DNA of 64,000 bases from an uncultured Candidatus Saccharibacteria bacterium (GCA_964644035.1 CAZXUH010000001.1:131712-195711), one strand, 5' to 3'; shown: positions 1 through 11,001, counted from the first letter of the stretch. Translations and numbers: made by a program. Notes: generated by a model from the letters alone, not told the origin.

Positions 1-159
1 TCACCGCTAGTCGCGCACCAGTAGTACCAAAGCTGTGTGACACTCGGCATTTTTTGTTTGCCGGCATGTCCCATTAGACTCTGAAGTTTTGTCCAGCTTT
101 CGGGATTGTTGAACTCCTCAAAGGTAGGTATTTCGTTGGGTTCTTTCTCTGTGACCATT
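1..159 (-). CDS. Partial hypothetical protein; N-terminus starts at 159 and the gene runs off the left window edge
   Basis: Reverse-strand translation from ATG at 159: MVTEKEPNEIPTFEEFNNPESWTKLQSLMGHAGKQKMPSVTQLWYYWCATSG... is open to position 1. An AT-rich divergent promoter region (160-253) is shared with the cysteine desulfurase gene. Confidence 0.3.
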
Positions 160-253
160 TTAGGTCCCTTCTGTTTGAGTTATTATAGTACTGTAACTGT
201 CAACATTATATAATTAAATTTAAATTAAGTCAAATTAGATAGATTGTGCTAGT

Positions 254-1474
254 ATGAAATTCAATATGAGTTTTTCGCTTTTTAGGCCTAAAAACAAAGA
301 AATAGACAAAATATACCTCGATCATGCTTCGACCACACCAGTTGACGCAGAAGTTTTGGAATATATGTATTCAATTGAGAAAAAACATTTTGCCAATCCT
401 TCTTCTATATATGTGGTCGGACTAGAATCCAAGCGAGTTCTCACCGACGCTCGAAAAAAAGTTGTAGATATCATTCATGCTCGACCACAAGAGATAGTTT
501 TCACAGCAAGCGGTACCGAAGCTGACAATATGGCACTTTTTGGAATCGTGCGAGCATCGCAGATAAAAAAGCCACATATTGTTGTCAGTGCTTTTGAGCA
601 TCCGGCGATTTTAGAAGCTGCAAATGTACTCGAAGGCGAAGGAGTGTTTGTGACCAAAATCATGCCGAATGAAGAAGGGGTCATAGATCCCAAAGATATA
701 GAACATGCTTTGACCCCCGACACTGTGCTTGTCTCGATCATGCACGTCAACAATGAAATCGGCACGATACAACCTCTCAAAGAAATTGGAAAAGTGATTC
801 GCGACTATCGTCACAAAATGCAAAGAGTGCAGCATTGCGATTATCCATACTTTCATAGCGATGCTAGTCAGTCACCATGCTATCTCGATATCAATCGCGA
901 AAAGCTCGGCGTCGATCTCATGACACTCGATGGTTCAAAAATATATGGTCCAAAGGGCGTAGGTGCTCTCTATATAAAAGAAGGGGTCAATATTGCTCCG
1001 TATATTGTCGGTGGTGGGCAAGAAGGCGGTAAGAGAGCAGGTACAGAAAATGTGGCACGTATTGCCGGTTTTGCATTGGCTTTAGAAAAAGTAGTGCATG
1101 GTATGGAAAAAGAGTCAGAACGTCTCAAAGATCTACAGAAATACTTTTTTGACGCTCTAGTGAAAGAATTTGGCAATGAAATGAGTATTAATGGAAGTAG
1201 GGAAATAAGAATCGCAAACAATATCAATATTTGTTTCCCTCACAAAGATGCAGAATTCATGGTTATTCAGCTCGATCAAGCTGGTATTGTCTGTTCAGCG
1301 GCAAGTGCATGCAACAATTTGAAAGATATTTCAGGATCATACGTCATCGAAACACTTGGCAATGCAGGACGCAATTGTGCTGAGTCATCGCTGCGATTTA
1401 CGATGGGAAAAACCACTACGAAAGCTCATATCGATAAGACTATACAAGTGTTACAAAAAGTAGTAAAAAAGTAG
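254..1474 (+). CDS. Cysteine desulfurase (class V PLP aminotransferase, NifS/IscS-like)
   Basis: 406 aa. The N-terminus IYLDHASTTPVD, the PLP-lysine context and overall fold II aminotransferase V pattern fit a cysteine desulfurase (established family knowledge). Confidence 0.85.
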   Translation: MKFNMSFSLFRPKNKEIDKIYLDHASTTPVDAEVLEYMYSIEKKHFANPSSIYVVGLESKRVLTDARKKVVDIIHARPQEIVFTASGTEADNMALFGIVRASQIKKPHIVVSAFEHPAILEAANVLEGEGVFVTKIMPNEEGVIDPKDIEHALTPDTVLVSIMHVNNEIGTIQPLKEIGKVIRDYRHKMQRVQHCDYPYFHSDASQSPCYLDINREKLGVDLMTLDGSKIYGPKGVGALYIKEGVNIAPYIVGGGQEGGKRAGTENVARIAGFALALEKVVHGMEKESERLKDLQKYFFDALVKEFGNEMSINGSREIRIANNINICFPHKDAEFMVIQLDQAGIVCSAASACNNLKDISGSYVIETLGNAGRNCAESSLRFTMGKTTTKAHIDKTIQVLQKVVKK

Positions 1475-1489
1475 TAATATAAAGGAAAT

Positions 1490-4177
1490 ATGCCCCCATT
1501 TAGCAATTTTACGACAAAAGCAAAGGAAGCAATCCGCAAGGCTCATGAGCTGGCTATTGAACGTGGTCAAAACCATGTAAATCCTCTCCATTTGCTCGCA
1601 GCACTTGTTCTCCAGGAAGAAGGTATGGTGCCGGCTATTTTGGAACATCTCGAAACAGATACGATACTTCTTACTGACTCATTGCTCGAAGCAATTGAAG
1701 GCTCTGAAGGTTCTCAGGTCCTTTCACCTTCATATCAGATTTATCTCACTCCAGAACTGGCACAGGTGATCGAGAGTTCAATGAAGATTACAAAATCTCT
1801 CAATGATGAATTTGTTTCTACAGAACATCTCTTGCTCGCCATCATCGACGTGCCAGGACGAGCGCGAGAAATACTCGCGCGATTTAGAATTGATCGCGAT
1901 ACCATCGTGCGCGTTGTCGAAGAACTCAAACACTCAAAAGTGAGTGACGTCAGTCAGCCCAAGAAAAACAAATCTCTTACAAAATATACTCGTTCGCTTA
2001 CCAAAATGGCAGCAGAGAATAAGCTCGACCCTGTCATTGGTCGTGATACCGAAATCAGCCGCATCATTCAGATTCTTTCTCGTCGCACCAAAAACAATCC
2101 GATTCTTATCGGTGAAGCGGGCGTAGGTAAAACTGCAATTGTCGAAGGTCTTGCGGTGCGCATGGCTCAAGGTGATGTCCCAGAATCACTCAAAGACAAA
2201 GAACTTGTCTCACTCGATCTTGGTGCGCTCGTAGCCGGTACAAAATATCGTGGAGAATTTGAAGAAAGACTCAAAAATATTATAAAAGAAATCGAACGCT
2301 CAGAAGGCAAGATTATTCTCTTTATCGATGAGATCCATACGATTGTCGGTGCAGGAAGTGCAGAAGGATCGCTTGATGCTTCAAATATGTTGAAGCCTGC
2401 GCTTGCTCGAGGTGAACTTCGTGCTATTGGTGCGACCACACTCAAGGAATATCAGAAACATATTGAAAAAGATCCGGCACTTACACGACGCTTCCAACCC
2501 GTCTATGTCCAAGAACCTTCTACCGAAGATGCAGTAGCGATTTTGCGAGGCCTCAAGGAAAAATATGAGCTCTATCATGGTGTGCGTATTACCGACGATG
2601 CTATTATCGCAGCCGTAAATCTCTCAAGCAGATATATTACTGATCGTTTTTTGCCAGACAAAGCAGTCGACCTTATCGACGAGTCCGCATCGTATTTGAA
2701 AATTTCTCTAGAAAATATGCCGCCGATCTTGCAGGAAACTCATGCCAAGATCATGCGTTTTGAAATAGAAAAAGAAGCGCTTAAGAAAGAAGCAGAAACC
2801 TCTAAAGTTGCTAAAGAGCGCATTAAGAAAATAGAAAAGGAAGTTGCAGATCTCAAGGAAAAGACTTCAGAGATAGAAATAAAGTGGAATAATGAAAAGG
2901 AAATCTTGGCTGGCATAAAGTCTGCCAAGAAAAATCTTGAAACGATGCGTCTCGAAGCCGAAGGTGCAGAAGCTCGTGCTGATCTATCTAAGGCAGCAGA
3001 GATTCGTTATGGCAAAATTCCACAACTCGAAAAGCAACTCGATACACAAACCAAGAAGCTCAAAAAACTTCAGAGTTCGCGCAGAATTCTTAAGGAAGAA
3101 ATCACCGAACAAGATATTGCCGACGTCGTGGCACGATGGACTGGTATTCCAGTATCACGCATGATGGAAACCGAAGCAGACAAACTTTCTCGCATGGAAG
3201 AAGTACTTGGCAAGCGTATTGTAGGACAAAATGCAGCTGTCAAAACTATTTCAGATACTGTTAAGCGAAGCCGTGCTGGTATTTCAGATCCAAACCGCCC
3301 TATCGGTTCATTTATCTTCCTAGGTCCTACTGGAGTTGGTAAAACAGAACTCACCAAGGCTCTTGCAGAGTTTATGTTTGATGATGAAAAAGCATTGGTC
3401 AGAGTTGATATGTCTGAATTTATGGAAAAACATGCAGTATCAAAACTCATTGGTGCACCTCCAGGATATGTAGGTTTTGATGAAGGTGGCGGTCTTACTG
3501 AAACAATCAGACATCGCCCATATTCAGTCGTACTCTTCGATGAAATAGAAAAAGCTCATCCAGAAGTATTCAATGTACTTCTTCAAGTGCTCGACAATGG
3601 TCGTTTGACCGACTCAAAAGGTAGAGTGGTCAACTTCAAGAATACGATCATTATCATGACGTCGAACCTTGGTGCTCAATATATCGACAAGATGCAGAAG
3701 ATTGGTTTTGCTCTCGAAAAAGCTGAGATTCAAGAATACGCAAACGTAAAAGACAAGGTTATGGAAGCCCTCAAAGAACACTTCCGACCAGAATTTCTCA
3801 ATCGTATTGATGAAACGATTATCTTCGACATACTTCCACCTCAGGCTATTGTCGAAATCGTTAAGATTCAAGTGGACCTCGTAAGAGAGAGACTTGCTCA
3901 AAAAGAAGTGACGCTCGAAATAGGTGATGATGTTATGCAATATCTTGCCAAAGAAGGCTACAGTCCCCAGTACGGTGCGCGACCGCTCAAGCGTCTCATA
4001 CAAAATAAGATTCTCAATCCCGTCGCTTCACTTATGATTTCAAAAGGCATTATGCGTGGTGGATCGGTAGCAGTATCGCTCGACAAAGCTGGTCAGTTTA
4101 AGTTTGATGTCAAAAAAGGCAGAAAGGGAAGCTTGATGAGAGAAGAACTCATTATCGACAATAAAGTCGCTGTCTAA
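1490..4177 (+). CDS. clpB: Chaperone ClpB (AAA+ disaggregase, two nucleotide-binding domains plus coiled-coil middle domain)
   Basis: 895 aa. Clp N-domain, Walker A motifs GEAGVGKT and GPTGVGKT, and a long coiled-coil insertion between the AAA modules typical of ClpB. Confidence 0.9.
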   Translation: MPPFSNFTTKAKEAIRKAHELAIERGQNHVNPLHLLAALVLQEEGMVPAILEHLETDTILLTDSLLEAIEGSEGSQVLSPSYQIYLTPELAQVIESSMKITKSLNDEFVSTEHLLLAIIDVPGRAREILARFRIDRDTIVRVVEELKHSKVSDVSQPKKNKSLTKYTRSLTKMAAENKLDPVIGRDTEISRIIQILSRRTKNNPILIGEAGVGKTAIVEGLAVRMAQGDVPESLKDKELVSLDLGALVAGTKYRGEFEERLKNIIKEIERSEGKIILFIDEIHTIVGAGSAEGSLDASNMLKPALARGELRAIGATTLKEYQKHIEKDPALTRRFQPVYVQEPSTEDAVAILRGLKEKYELYHGVRITDDAIIAAVNLSSRYITDRFLPDKAVDLIDESASYLKISLENMPPILQETHAKIMRFEIEKEALKKEAETSKVAKERIKKIEKEVADLKEKTSEIEIKWNNEKEILAGIKSAKKNLETMRLEAEGAEARADLSKAAEIRYGKIPQLEKQLDTQTKKLKKLQSSRRILKEEITEQDIADVVARWTGIPVSRMMETEADKLSRMEEVLGKRIVGQNAAVKTISDTVKRSRAGISDPNRPIGSFIFLGPTGVGKTELTKALAEFMFDDEKALVRVDMSEFMEKHAVSKLIGAPPGYVGFDEGGGLTETIRHRPYSVVLFDEIEKAHPEVFNVLLQVLDNGRLTDSKGRVVNFKNTIIIMTSNLGAQYIDKMQKIGFALEKAEIQEYANVKDKVMEALKEHFRPEFLNRIDETIIFDILPPQAIVEIVKIQVDLVRERLAQKEVTLEIGDDVMQYLAKEGYSPQYGARPLKRLIQNKILNPVASLMISKGIMRGGSVAVSLDKAGQFKFDVKKGRKGSLMREELIIDNKVAV

Positions 4178-4207
4178 GCTATCTTAGCGCTCCACATTTT
4201 GCGCAAA

Positions 4208-4235
4208 AGGGAATTTTATGTAGAATAAAGGCCAC
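4208..4235 (+). promoter_or_regulatory. Candidate sigma70-type promoter for tRNA-Tyr
   Basis: TTGCGC, 16-nt spacer, extended -10 TGTAGAAT. Lies about 38 nt upstream of the tRNA 5' end. Identified by sequence inspection only. Confidence 0.3.
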
Positions 4236-4272
4236 CCAGCCGCCGCTCTAATGAGCTATGGCAAGGTAAATC

Positions 4273-4356
4273 GCGCAGGTGGTAGAGCGGTCAATTACAA
4301 CAGACTGTAAATCTGTCGGCCTATGGCCTACGAAGGTTCGAATCCTTCCCTGCGCA
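4273..4356 (+). tRNA. tRNA-Tyr (anticodon GTA), type II with long variable arm; CCA not encoded
   Basis: Hand-folded cloverleaf: acceptor GCGCAGG/CCTGCGC, anticodon stem ACAGA/TCTGT with loop CTGTAAA, variable arm CGGCCTATGGCCTAC, T-arm GAAGG-TTCGAAT-CCTTC. Confidence 0.8.
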
Positions 4357-4370
4357 CAATAAAAGTTCAG

Positions 4371-4811
4371 ATGGTTAACATCAATAAAGATCTCATTGCT
4401 CAGTTCACGCGATTTTTGAGCATTGGGGCTGTGTCCGCTGTTATCGATTTTGGTTCGCTCAATATTTTGATTTTCCTTTTCACAACAGGTCCCAATGGAC
4501 AATATTTCGTGCCGTTCAAATCGATTTCTTTTGTTTTAGTGATTACCAATAGCTATTTCCTCAATAAGTACTGGTCATTCAAACATCATCATGCAAAACC
4601 TTCTGTAAAAGAAGGAGGACGTTTTCTTATTATTTGCTGCATCGGTTTTTTGCTCAACGTCAGCATTGCTTCATTTGTCTTTCATAGACTTGATAACATA
4701 ATTCACCCTGCACTAGCGGCAAATATTGCTTCGGTCATAGCGACAGGCATGGTTTTGATGTGGAATTTTAGTGGATACAAATTTTTTGTCTTCAAACCAC
4801 AAAAGCCCTGA
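4371..4811 (+). CDS. GtrA-family membrane protein (polysaccharide/glycan synthesis accessory)
   Basis: The ORF track starts at 4323 but that overlaps the tRNA. The internal Met (MVNINKDLIAQFTRFLSIGAVSAVIDFGSLN...) gives a GtrA-like 4-TM protein of about 146 aa. Confidence 0.65.
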   Translation: MVNINKDLIAQFTRFLSIGAVSAVIDFGSLNILIFLFTTGPNGQYFVPFKSISFVLVITNSYFLNKYWSFKHHHAKPSVKEGGRFLIICCIGFLLNVSIASFVFHRLDNIIHPALAANIASVIATGMVLMWNFSGYKFFVFKPQKP

Positions 4812-4849
4812 AAACGGGCGTTTTTTCGATTTTTTAGTACAATATAAAG

Positions 4850-6085
4850 ATGATCCATACGAGTCTCTCTCCGAACGCCGAAGCAGACGACGTACTACTA
4901 GCCGCGGCTATGGCCCTGACGCCTTGGAGCTGGAAATCAGGCGAACCGGTTAGGCGAGTAGAAGAGTCTATTGAAGAAATACTTGGTGCGGGGCATGTTG
5001 TAACTGTTGATAGTGGTCGAACAGCGCTTCACACTATTCTCAAAGCATTTGATCTTCAGAAAGACGATGAAGTACTGTTGCAGGCATATACATGCGTTGC
5101 GGTGCCAGAACCTATCCTTTGGCTTCAATGCAAACCAGTGTATGTTGATTGTAATAAAGAATACACAATAGATATTGCAGATCTTGAGAAAAAAATCACT
5201 CCAAAATCAAAAGTGATAATTGCCCAACATACATTTGGCAAAGCAGCAGATATGGATGCTATTTTGGCGATAGCAAAAAAGCACAATCTATTTGTCATAG
5301 AAGATTGCGCGCATGCACTTGGTGGAAAATATAAAAATAAACCATTGGGTTCTCTTGCCGATGCAGCATTTTTTAGTTTTGGAAGGGACAAATGCGTGTC
5401 ATCAGTATTTGGTGGAGCAATTGCTGTCAGAGAAGAAACACTCTATAAGAAAATCAAATCTATTACGGACGCATATCCATTACCTAAAAATATATGGGTC
5501 CTGCAGCAGCTCATGCATCCGATCGTCTTAACTCTTTCAAAATCCACCTACAACTTTCTTTCTTTGGGAAAAATAATTCTCGAAGGTGCCAAGCGTCTCA
5601 ATATCATTTCCAAAGCCGTAGAGCCTGTAGAATTGTCGGGCGGTGTGCCGAGTTTTGCTTTCCATAGATTTTCTCCAGCTTTGGCAGAACTAGCATACAG
5701 ACAATTACAAAAACTACCGCGCTTCTTAGCTAACAGACGAGAATTGGCTCGTACATATGCTGGACGACTTTCTGGTCTTGGGGGTATTCATGCGTCCGCA
5801 TATGATCCAGAACATGCGTATTTGCGTTATACGATAGAACTTACCAATACATCTCCAAAAGAAATATTTGATCGAGCAAAAGCCAGAGGTATACAACTTG
5901 GAGATTGGTATACAAGTGTTTTAGCACCAAGAGGTGTGATGTATGAAAAAGTACAGTATGCACTTGGATCATGCCCACAAGCAGAATATTTGGCAAATCA
6001 CACGCTCAATCTACCAACTCATATTGGTATTAAACCGACAATGACCAATGATATTGTGGCCTGCATTATAGACAATCATGTATAA
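4850..6085 (+). CDS. DegT/DnrJ/EryC1/StrS-family PLP-dependent sugar aminotransferase
   Basis: 411 aa. QHTFGKAADMDAILAIAKKHNLFVIEDCAHALGG matches the hallmark region of DegT-type aminotransferases. Confidence 0.8.
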   Translation: MIHTSLSPNAEADDVLLAAAMALTPWSWKSGEPVRRVEESIEEILGAGHVVTVDSGRTALHTILKAFDLQKDDEVLLQAYTCVAVPEPILWLQCKPVYVDCNKEYTIDIADLEKKITPKSKVIIAQHTFGKAADMDAILAIAKKHNLFVIEDCAHALGGKYKNKPLGSLADAAFFSFGRDKCVSSVFGGAIAVREETLYKKIKSITDAYPLPKNIWVLQQLMHPIVLTLSKSTYNFLSLGKIILEGAKRLNIISKAVEPVELSGGVPSFAFHRFSPALAELAYRQLQKLPRFLANRRELARTYAGRLSGLGGIHASAYDPEHAYLRYTIELTNTSPKEIFDRAKARGIQLGDWYTSVLAPRGVMYEKVQYALGSCPQAEYLANHTLNLPTHIGIKPTMTNDIVACIIDNHV

Positions 6086-7109
6086 CGTCAAACCTATTAC
6101 AGAAGCGGGAATATGGGATGATTTTATCGCCAAGGTGCGACCAAGTACGTTTTTACATACATGGAGCTCAGGAGAATTGGAGAAACATTCTAATAGGGAA
6201 ATCTTTAGATTTGGAGTGTTTGATAGTGCTGACAATCTCAAATCAGTCGTATTGGCGGTAAAGGTTACTGCGCGTCGAGGTACATTTTTACTCTGTCCTC
6301 ATGGTCCGATTATTGGCAATGAAAATTCTGAACAGTTCTCAGATATAGTAAAAGTTATTTCAAAAGAGCTTATACGCATTGCTAAAGAAAATAAGTGTGT
6401 CTTTTTACGAGTAAGTACGTCTATTGTCGCTTCACCAGATAGAATAAAAGCATTTAAAAAGCTTGGATTTAGAAATGCACCCATTCACGTGCATAGCGAA
6501 CTCTCATGGATTCTCAATATTACAAAGTCAGAAAATGTTCTTCTCAATGAAATGAAGAAAAATACCCGCTATGGCATACGCAAGGCCGAGCGTGATGGAA
6601 TAAAAATCGTTTCAAGTACCAATCCTGAAGATATAGAAGTATTTTGGAATTTACATCAGAAGACAGCCATCTATCATTCATTTGTACCGTATTCTAAAGA
6701 CTATATTTACAAAGAGTTTCTTGAATTTTCAAAAACAGATTCTGCTCGCTGGTATTTTGCTCATTACAACAATGAAGTGGTGTCAGCAGCGATGATCATC
6801 TTTACTCCATGGTCAGCGTTCTATCATCACGGCGCTTCGCTGCATTCGCATTCGTCGATTACACCATCTGAACTTTTGCAATGGCAGGCAATCATTGATG
6901 CAAAAAAGCGCGGTTGCAGCACCTACAATTTTTGGGGTGTCATAGTCGATGACAACTCGCATCATCCATGGGCAGGACTATCTCGATTTAAAAAAGGTTT
7001 TGGCGGATACGATGAAGCATACATTCATGCACAGGATTATCCGCTGTCGTGGAAATACTGGATTACCTATGGTATAGAAACAATACGAAAATGGAAGAGA
7101 AAAGTATAA
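6078..7109 (+). CDS. FemAB-family aminoacyl-tRNA-dependent peptidoglycan peptidyltransferase (FemX-like)
   Basis: 343 aa. Motif KKNTRYGIRKAERDGIKI and a GNAT-like duplicated fold are characteristic of the FemABX family. Confidence 0.65.
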   Translation: MYNVKPITEAGIWDDFIAKVRPSTFLHTWSSGELEKHSNREIFRFGVFDSADNLKSVVLAVKVTARRGTFLLCPHGPIIGNENSEQFSDIVKVISKELIRIAKENKCVFLRVSTSIVASPDRIKAFKKLGFRNAPIHVHSELSWILNITKSENVLLNEMKKNTRYGIRKAERDGIKIVSSTNPEDIEVFWNLHQKTAIYHSFVPYSKDYIYKEFLEFSKTDSARWYFAHYNNEVVSAAMIIFTPWSAFYHHGASLHSHSSITPSELLQWQAIIDAKKRGCSTYNFWGVIVDDNSHHPWAGLSRFKKGFGGYDEAYIHAQDYPLSWKYWITYGIETIRKWKRKV

Positions 7110-8251
7110 CAATCGAAACCAATGGCCGCCCACAGGGCTTGCGTACTTGGATAGAGATAGAAACCAATGCTATCAAGAACAATCTTACTTTGGTCAAAAA
7201 AATAGACCCGAAGGCATTGCTCATGGCTGTGGTCAAATCCAATGCATACGGTTTTGGACTTTTTGATTTCTCAAATCATATTGCCGACTTGGGTGCAGAC
7301 TGGCTCGGTGTTGATTCTGTTGTCGAAGCAGTAGCTCTTAGAAAAAACAACATTGAACTTCCTATATTGGTACTCGGATATACATTGCCTGAACGTCTAC
7401 AAGAAGCAGTGGAAAATAATATTTCTGTAACGATTTCTAGTTTTGATGGAATAGAAAATATTATAAACAGCAACATTGGAAAAATTAAAGCTCATGTAAA
7501 AGTAGATACAGGCCTCCATAGACAGGGTTTTTTGCCATCACACATACCAGAGCTGTTGGAAGTATTGAAAAATAATACAGCAAAAATAGGGGTAGAAGGG
7601 TTGTATACGCATTTGGCCGATGCAAAGCGTGCAGAAGGTGATGAATATACTAGAAATCAAATCAGACAGTTTTCTGATATACAAACATTATTTACTAATG
7701 CTGGTCTAAAACCTGTAACACACGTCTATGCAAGTCCAGCATTACTGAGACATGCTGATGCACACTCTTTTGACATGATTCGCGTCGGAGCATTGCTGTA
7801 TGGAATTTGGCCATCTTCCGATATGAAAAAAAATTTTGAACATAAATATAGTTTACAATCTGCTTTTTCATGGAAGACGATAGTGGGTGAAATAAAAAAG
7901 CTTCCTGCTGGAAGTGAGATTGGTTATGGTCGAAGCGAGAAGCTGACGAGAGATAGCGTGATAGCTATTTGTCCGGTTGGATATTGGCATGGTTATCCAG
8001 GTAATCTTTCATCTGTTGGTCAGGTGAAGATTGGAGAAAGAATAGTAAAAATAATCGGTCGAGTCAGTATGGATATGATAACTGTTGATGTTACTGATTG
8101 TATAGAAGTTGGAGTTCACGATATTGTGACTTTGATTGATAATGATCCAACAAGCAATATATCAGCAGACAATGTTGCTAAGCAAGCTGGAGTTTCTGTG
8201 CACGAACTTCTCACTCGTATCAATGCGCGCATTGAACGCATATATAAATAA
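7091..8251 (+). CDS. alr: Alanine racemase
   Basis: PLP-lysine motif AVVKSNAYGFG and the C-terminal beta-domain. The ORF track starts at 7049; the internal Met at about 7091 reduces the overlap with the FemAB gene. Confidence 0.85.
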   Translation: MEEKSITIETNGRPQGLRTWIEIETNAIKNNLTLVKKIDPKALLMAVVKSNAYGFGLFDFSNHIADLGADWLGVDSVVEAVALRKNNIELPILVLGYTLPERLQEAVENNISVTISSFDGIENIINSNIGKIKAHVKVDTGLHRQGFLPSHIPELLEVLKNNTAKIGVEGLYTHLADAKRAEGDEYTRNQIRQFSDIQTLFTNAGLKPVTHVYASPALLRHADAHSFDMIRVGALLYGIWPSSDMKKNFEHKYSLQSAFSWKTIVGEIKKLPAGSEIGYGRSEKLTRDSVIAICPVGYWHGYPGNLSSVGQVKIGERIVKIIGRVSMDMITVDVTDCIEVGVHDIVTLIDNDPTSNISADNVAKQAGVSVHELLTRINARIERIYK

Positions 8252-8270
8252 ATCTCTTTGATATAATATA

Positions 8271-9557
8271 TTGATTCCTATGTCATCTCTCTTCATGAAA
8301 TTAAAGCGCCTATTTTATTTTGAAGTCGCTTCGTATTTCAGATTTTGGGCAGAAAAGGTTTTGATTCGATGGAATCCAACCGTCATACTTATTACTGGTT
8401 CAAGCGGTAAAACAACACTTCTTCATCTTATAGAATCACAATTGGGTGAGAAGGCAATTTATTCGCATCAAGCAAATAGTACATTTGGCATTCCATTTCA
8501 TATATTGGGTCTCAAGCGCAATTCGTATTCTATATTTGAATGGGTGAAACTGTTGTATCAAGCACCTTTCAAATCTCGTAGGGAAGTACCAAAAGAAAAA
8601 TATTATATTGTCGAAGCTGATGCCGAACGTCCTGGTGAAGCTGAATCTATTGCTTCTTTAGTCAAACCTCATATTGTGATTTGGCTTTCTCTTGGTCAGG
8701 CTCATGGTGCGAGTTATGACAAGCTAGTTGAAAAGGGAACTTTTTCAAATGTATTTGACGCTATTGGATATGAATATGGCTATTGTATTGCTCATGCCCA
8801 ATCACTCGTAATCGCCAATGGTGATAATCAACATATTCTTAAACAGCTCTCAAGAAGCAGGACTAAGAAAGAAGTTTTGAGCAAAAACGATCTAGTGACA
8901 TATGCTCCTTATGAAAATCAGACAGGTTTCAAGATCGGCGGCATGAAAGTAACTGTGCCTGCTCTCGTACCGAGAGACACACACTATGCTATTCAAGCGC
9001 TTTTCCTCGTCATGCAATTTATCAATGAACCAATTGATACGACATTTGCACGTTTCATTCTACCGCCAAGTCGAAGTACGGTCTTCAAGGGTGTAAAAGA
9101 TATTAAAATTATCGACAGTACCTACAATGCAACAATGGAAGGCATGAAAGCCATGCTTGATATGTTTGAACATTATCCGGGTCTTAAAAAGTGGCTTGTA
9201 CTTGGTGACATGCTTGAGCAGGGAGTCAATGAAGCCGAAGAGCATGCCAATCTTGCTGATATGATTATTGCCAGCAGACCAGAGCATATAGTGCTTGTTG
9301 GTCCACGTCTGGCAAAACACACCTATCCACTGCTTAAAAACAATTTTGACAATGCGCATTTGGCGCAATTCTCAATGCCCGCTCCTGCGCATGAATATAT
9401 TGTAAGTACGATTCATGGAGGTGAAACTATTTTGTTTAAAGGTGCACGTTTTTTGGAGGGTATTGTAGAAAAAATGCTTGCCAATCCAGAAGATATTTCT
9501 AAAATCTGCCGACGCGAGCAAGTCTGGGTCAATCGCAGGAAAAAGTGGGGACTATAA
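8271..9557 (+). CDS. Mur ligase family protein (MurF-like D-Ala-D-Ala adding enzyme candidate)
   Basis: 428 aa. P-loop ILITGSSGKTT plus a DSTYNATMEGMKAMLD region analogous to MurF DDSYNANP. Immediately downstream of FemAB and alr. Confidence 0.6.
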   Translation: MIPMSSLFMKLKRLFYFEVASYFRFWAEKVLIRWNPTVILITGSSGKTTLLHLIESQLGEKAIYSHQANSTFGIPFHILGLKRNSYSIFEWVKLLYQAPFKSRREVPKEKYYIVEADAERPGEAESIASLVKPHIVIWLSLGQAHGASYDKLVEKGTFSNVFDAIGYEYGYCIAHAQSLVIANGDNQHILKQLSRSRTKKEVLSKNDLVTYAPYENQTGFKIGGMKVTVPALVPRDTHYAIQALFLVMQFINEPIDTTFARFILPPSRSTVFKGVKDIKIIDSTYNATMEGMKAMLDMFEHYPGLKKWLVLGDMLEQGVNEAEEHANLADMIIASRPEHIVLVGPRLAKHTYPLLKNNFDNAHLAQFSMPAPAHEYIVSTIHGGETILFKGARFLEGIVEKMLANPEDISKICRREQVWVNRRKKWGL

Positions 9558-9563
9558 TCTAGT

Positions 9564-10247
9564 ATGAGAAAAATCTTTATCATTCATGGTTGGACATATA
9601 CCACGACTGGCTGGAATGACTGCCTTGGTATGCTTCGCGACAAAGGTGTCGAAGCAGTCATGCTTCGCGTACCTGGTCTTACAGAACCTTCTGATAAAAT
9701 CTGGAATCTTCAAAGTTATGTACAGTGGCTCGATGAAAAATTGAGTAATGAACACGATATCAATCTAGTCGTGCATTCAAATGGTGGACGAATAGCCATT
9801 GAATATATCAACACTCATCCTGGAAAAATAAAGAAACTTATTCTTATCGATAGTGCAGGTCTGGTCAGGAAACATTTGCCGATTCGTATTAAACGTTTTG
9901 TGTTTGGTGGCATTGCAAAGACTGCTAAACATATTATCAATATCGATTTTGCCCGAAAAATTTTCTACAAACTCATTAGGGCTAAAGATTACGAACGCGC
10001 ACCGGTCAATATGCGCGAAACGATGAAAAATCTAGTCTTGGTAGACCTCAAAGATAAGCTCAAATCAATACACGTACCAACGCTCATTATATGGGGTAAG
10101 AAAGACAAGGAAACGCCCGTAGCTGACGCGTATACGATGAATAGGGAAATAGTCGGGTCTAAGCTCGAAATCATCGATAATGCACGCCATTCGCCTCATA
10201 TGAGCCATCCAGAGGTCACTGCTCACCTGATCGCCGATTTCCTATAA
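9564..10247 (+). CDS. Alpha/beta hydrolase (RBBP9/YdeN-like serine hydrolase)
   Basis: 227 aa. Nucleophile elbow VVHSNGG (GxSxG variant) and an IFIIHGW N-terminus typical of small serine hydrolases. Confidence 0.55.
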   Translation: MRKIFIIHGWTYTTTGWNDCLGMLRDKGVEAVMLRVPGLTEPSDKIWNLQSYVQWLDEKLSNEHDINLVVHSNGGRIAIEYINTHPGKIKKLILIDSAGLVRKHLPIRIKRFVFGGIAKTAKHIINIDFARKIFYKLIRAKDYERAPVNMRETMKNLVLVDLKDKLKSIHVPTLIIWGKKDKETPVADAYTMNREIVGSKLEIIDNARHSPHMSHPEVTAHLIADFL

Positions 10248-10290
10248 TCTGTTGCATTTTAGGCCGTATTCTTGTATAGTACCTGTCACT

Positions 10291-10446
10291 ATGTCACAGG
10301 ATAATCTAATCATTCTCAAGAACAAAGAGACGGGCGAGGTGTATCATACTCGCAAGAACCGACGCAAGGTAGCTCGCAAGATTGAGCTCAAAAAGTTCAG
10401 TAAGAAGCTCCGAAAGCATGTTTTGTTCAAGGAAGTAAAGAAGTAA
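10291..10446 (+). CDS. rpmG: 50S ribosomal protein L33
   Basis: 52 aa from the internal Met: MSQDNLIILKNKETGEVYHTRKNRRKVARKIELKKFSKKLRKHVLFKEVKK. This matches the L33 pattern (...YxTxKNxRN...LELKKY...RKHxLHKExK). The ORF track start at 10252 is likely too early. Confidence 0.75.
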   Translation: MSQDNLIILKNKETGEVYHTRKNRRKVARKIELKKFSKKLRKHVLFKEVKK

Positions 10447-10476
10447 GAAAAAACACCCCTCGGGGTGTTTTTTTTG
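10447..10476. terminator. Bidirectional rho-independent terminator between rpmG and the convergent hypothetical gene
   Basis: aaaaaacacccctcggggtgtttttttt: a GC hairpin flanked by an A-run and a T-run. Confidence 0.7.
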
Positions 10477-10479
10477 TAC

Positions 10480-10911
10480 TCAACTCGTCTTCATTCTGTC
10501 TTTCACGAATTCACATGCTTGCCGATAGATATCAGCATTGGCGCATGCTTGAAGTCCGAAGAATTTCCGTGCTTCAATGAACTCGTTGACAAAACCACTC
10601 AAGGTCACAAGTGCCCATTGCGGTGGAATTAGGTGCGGTTGCTGGTGCCTCCGTGGAAAGAAATTTTTAGCGTCCTTGTATGCCTGGATTTCTTTAAAAC
10701 GGCATTGATTGAGCAACCAGTCTTCAACGCAAGAGGTATGCACGATGCCCTCGATCTCCAACATGATTCTTCGTGTAACCTCGAGTTCGCTTGGTGGTCC
10801 AGGTACCTTCGTCACCTTTATGACAGGAATTTCTTCCTTCTTCTTTTTTGAGCGAAATAGATCACCAAAAAAGCCCATGACACACTCCTTTGTTTGAGAA
10901 TGAAAATACAC
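10480..10911 (-). CDS. Hypothetical Cys-containing protein
   Basis: 143-aa ORF with a probable start at the internal MGFFGD (about 10878). No recognisable family. Convergent with rpmG. Confidence 0.4.
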   Translation of the reverse strand: MYFHSQTKECVMGFFGDLFRSKKKKEEIPVIKVTKVPGPPSELEVTRRIMLEIEGIVHTSCVEDWLLNQCRFKEIQAYKDAKNFFPRRHQQPHLIPPQWALVTLSGFVNEFIEARKFFGLQACANADIYRQACEFVKDRMKTS

Positions 10912-11001
10912 TAATATCTATTCATACTATATCTTATAAACTTAAAAAAGTCAATGTATAGAATAAGTTTTTTTTATTAAAATAAAAACACTTTAATATT
11001 G

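Noticed and set aside
475-856. Minus-strand ORFs (101 aa, 81 aa) inside the cysteine desulfurase gene
   Set aside because: They are antisense to a well-supported conserved gene, have no motifs or RBS, and their composition mirrors the sense-strand codons.
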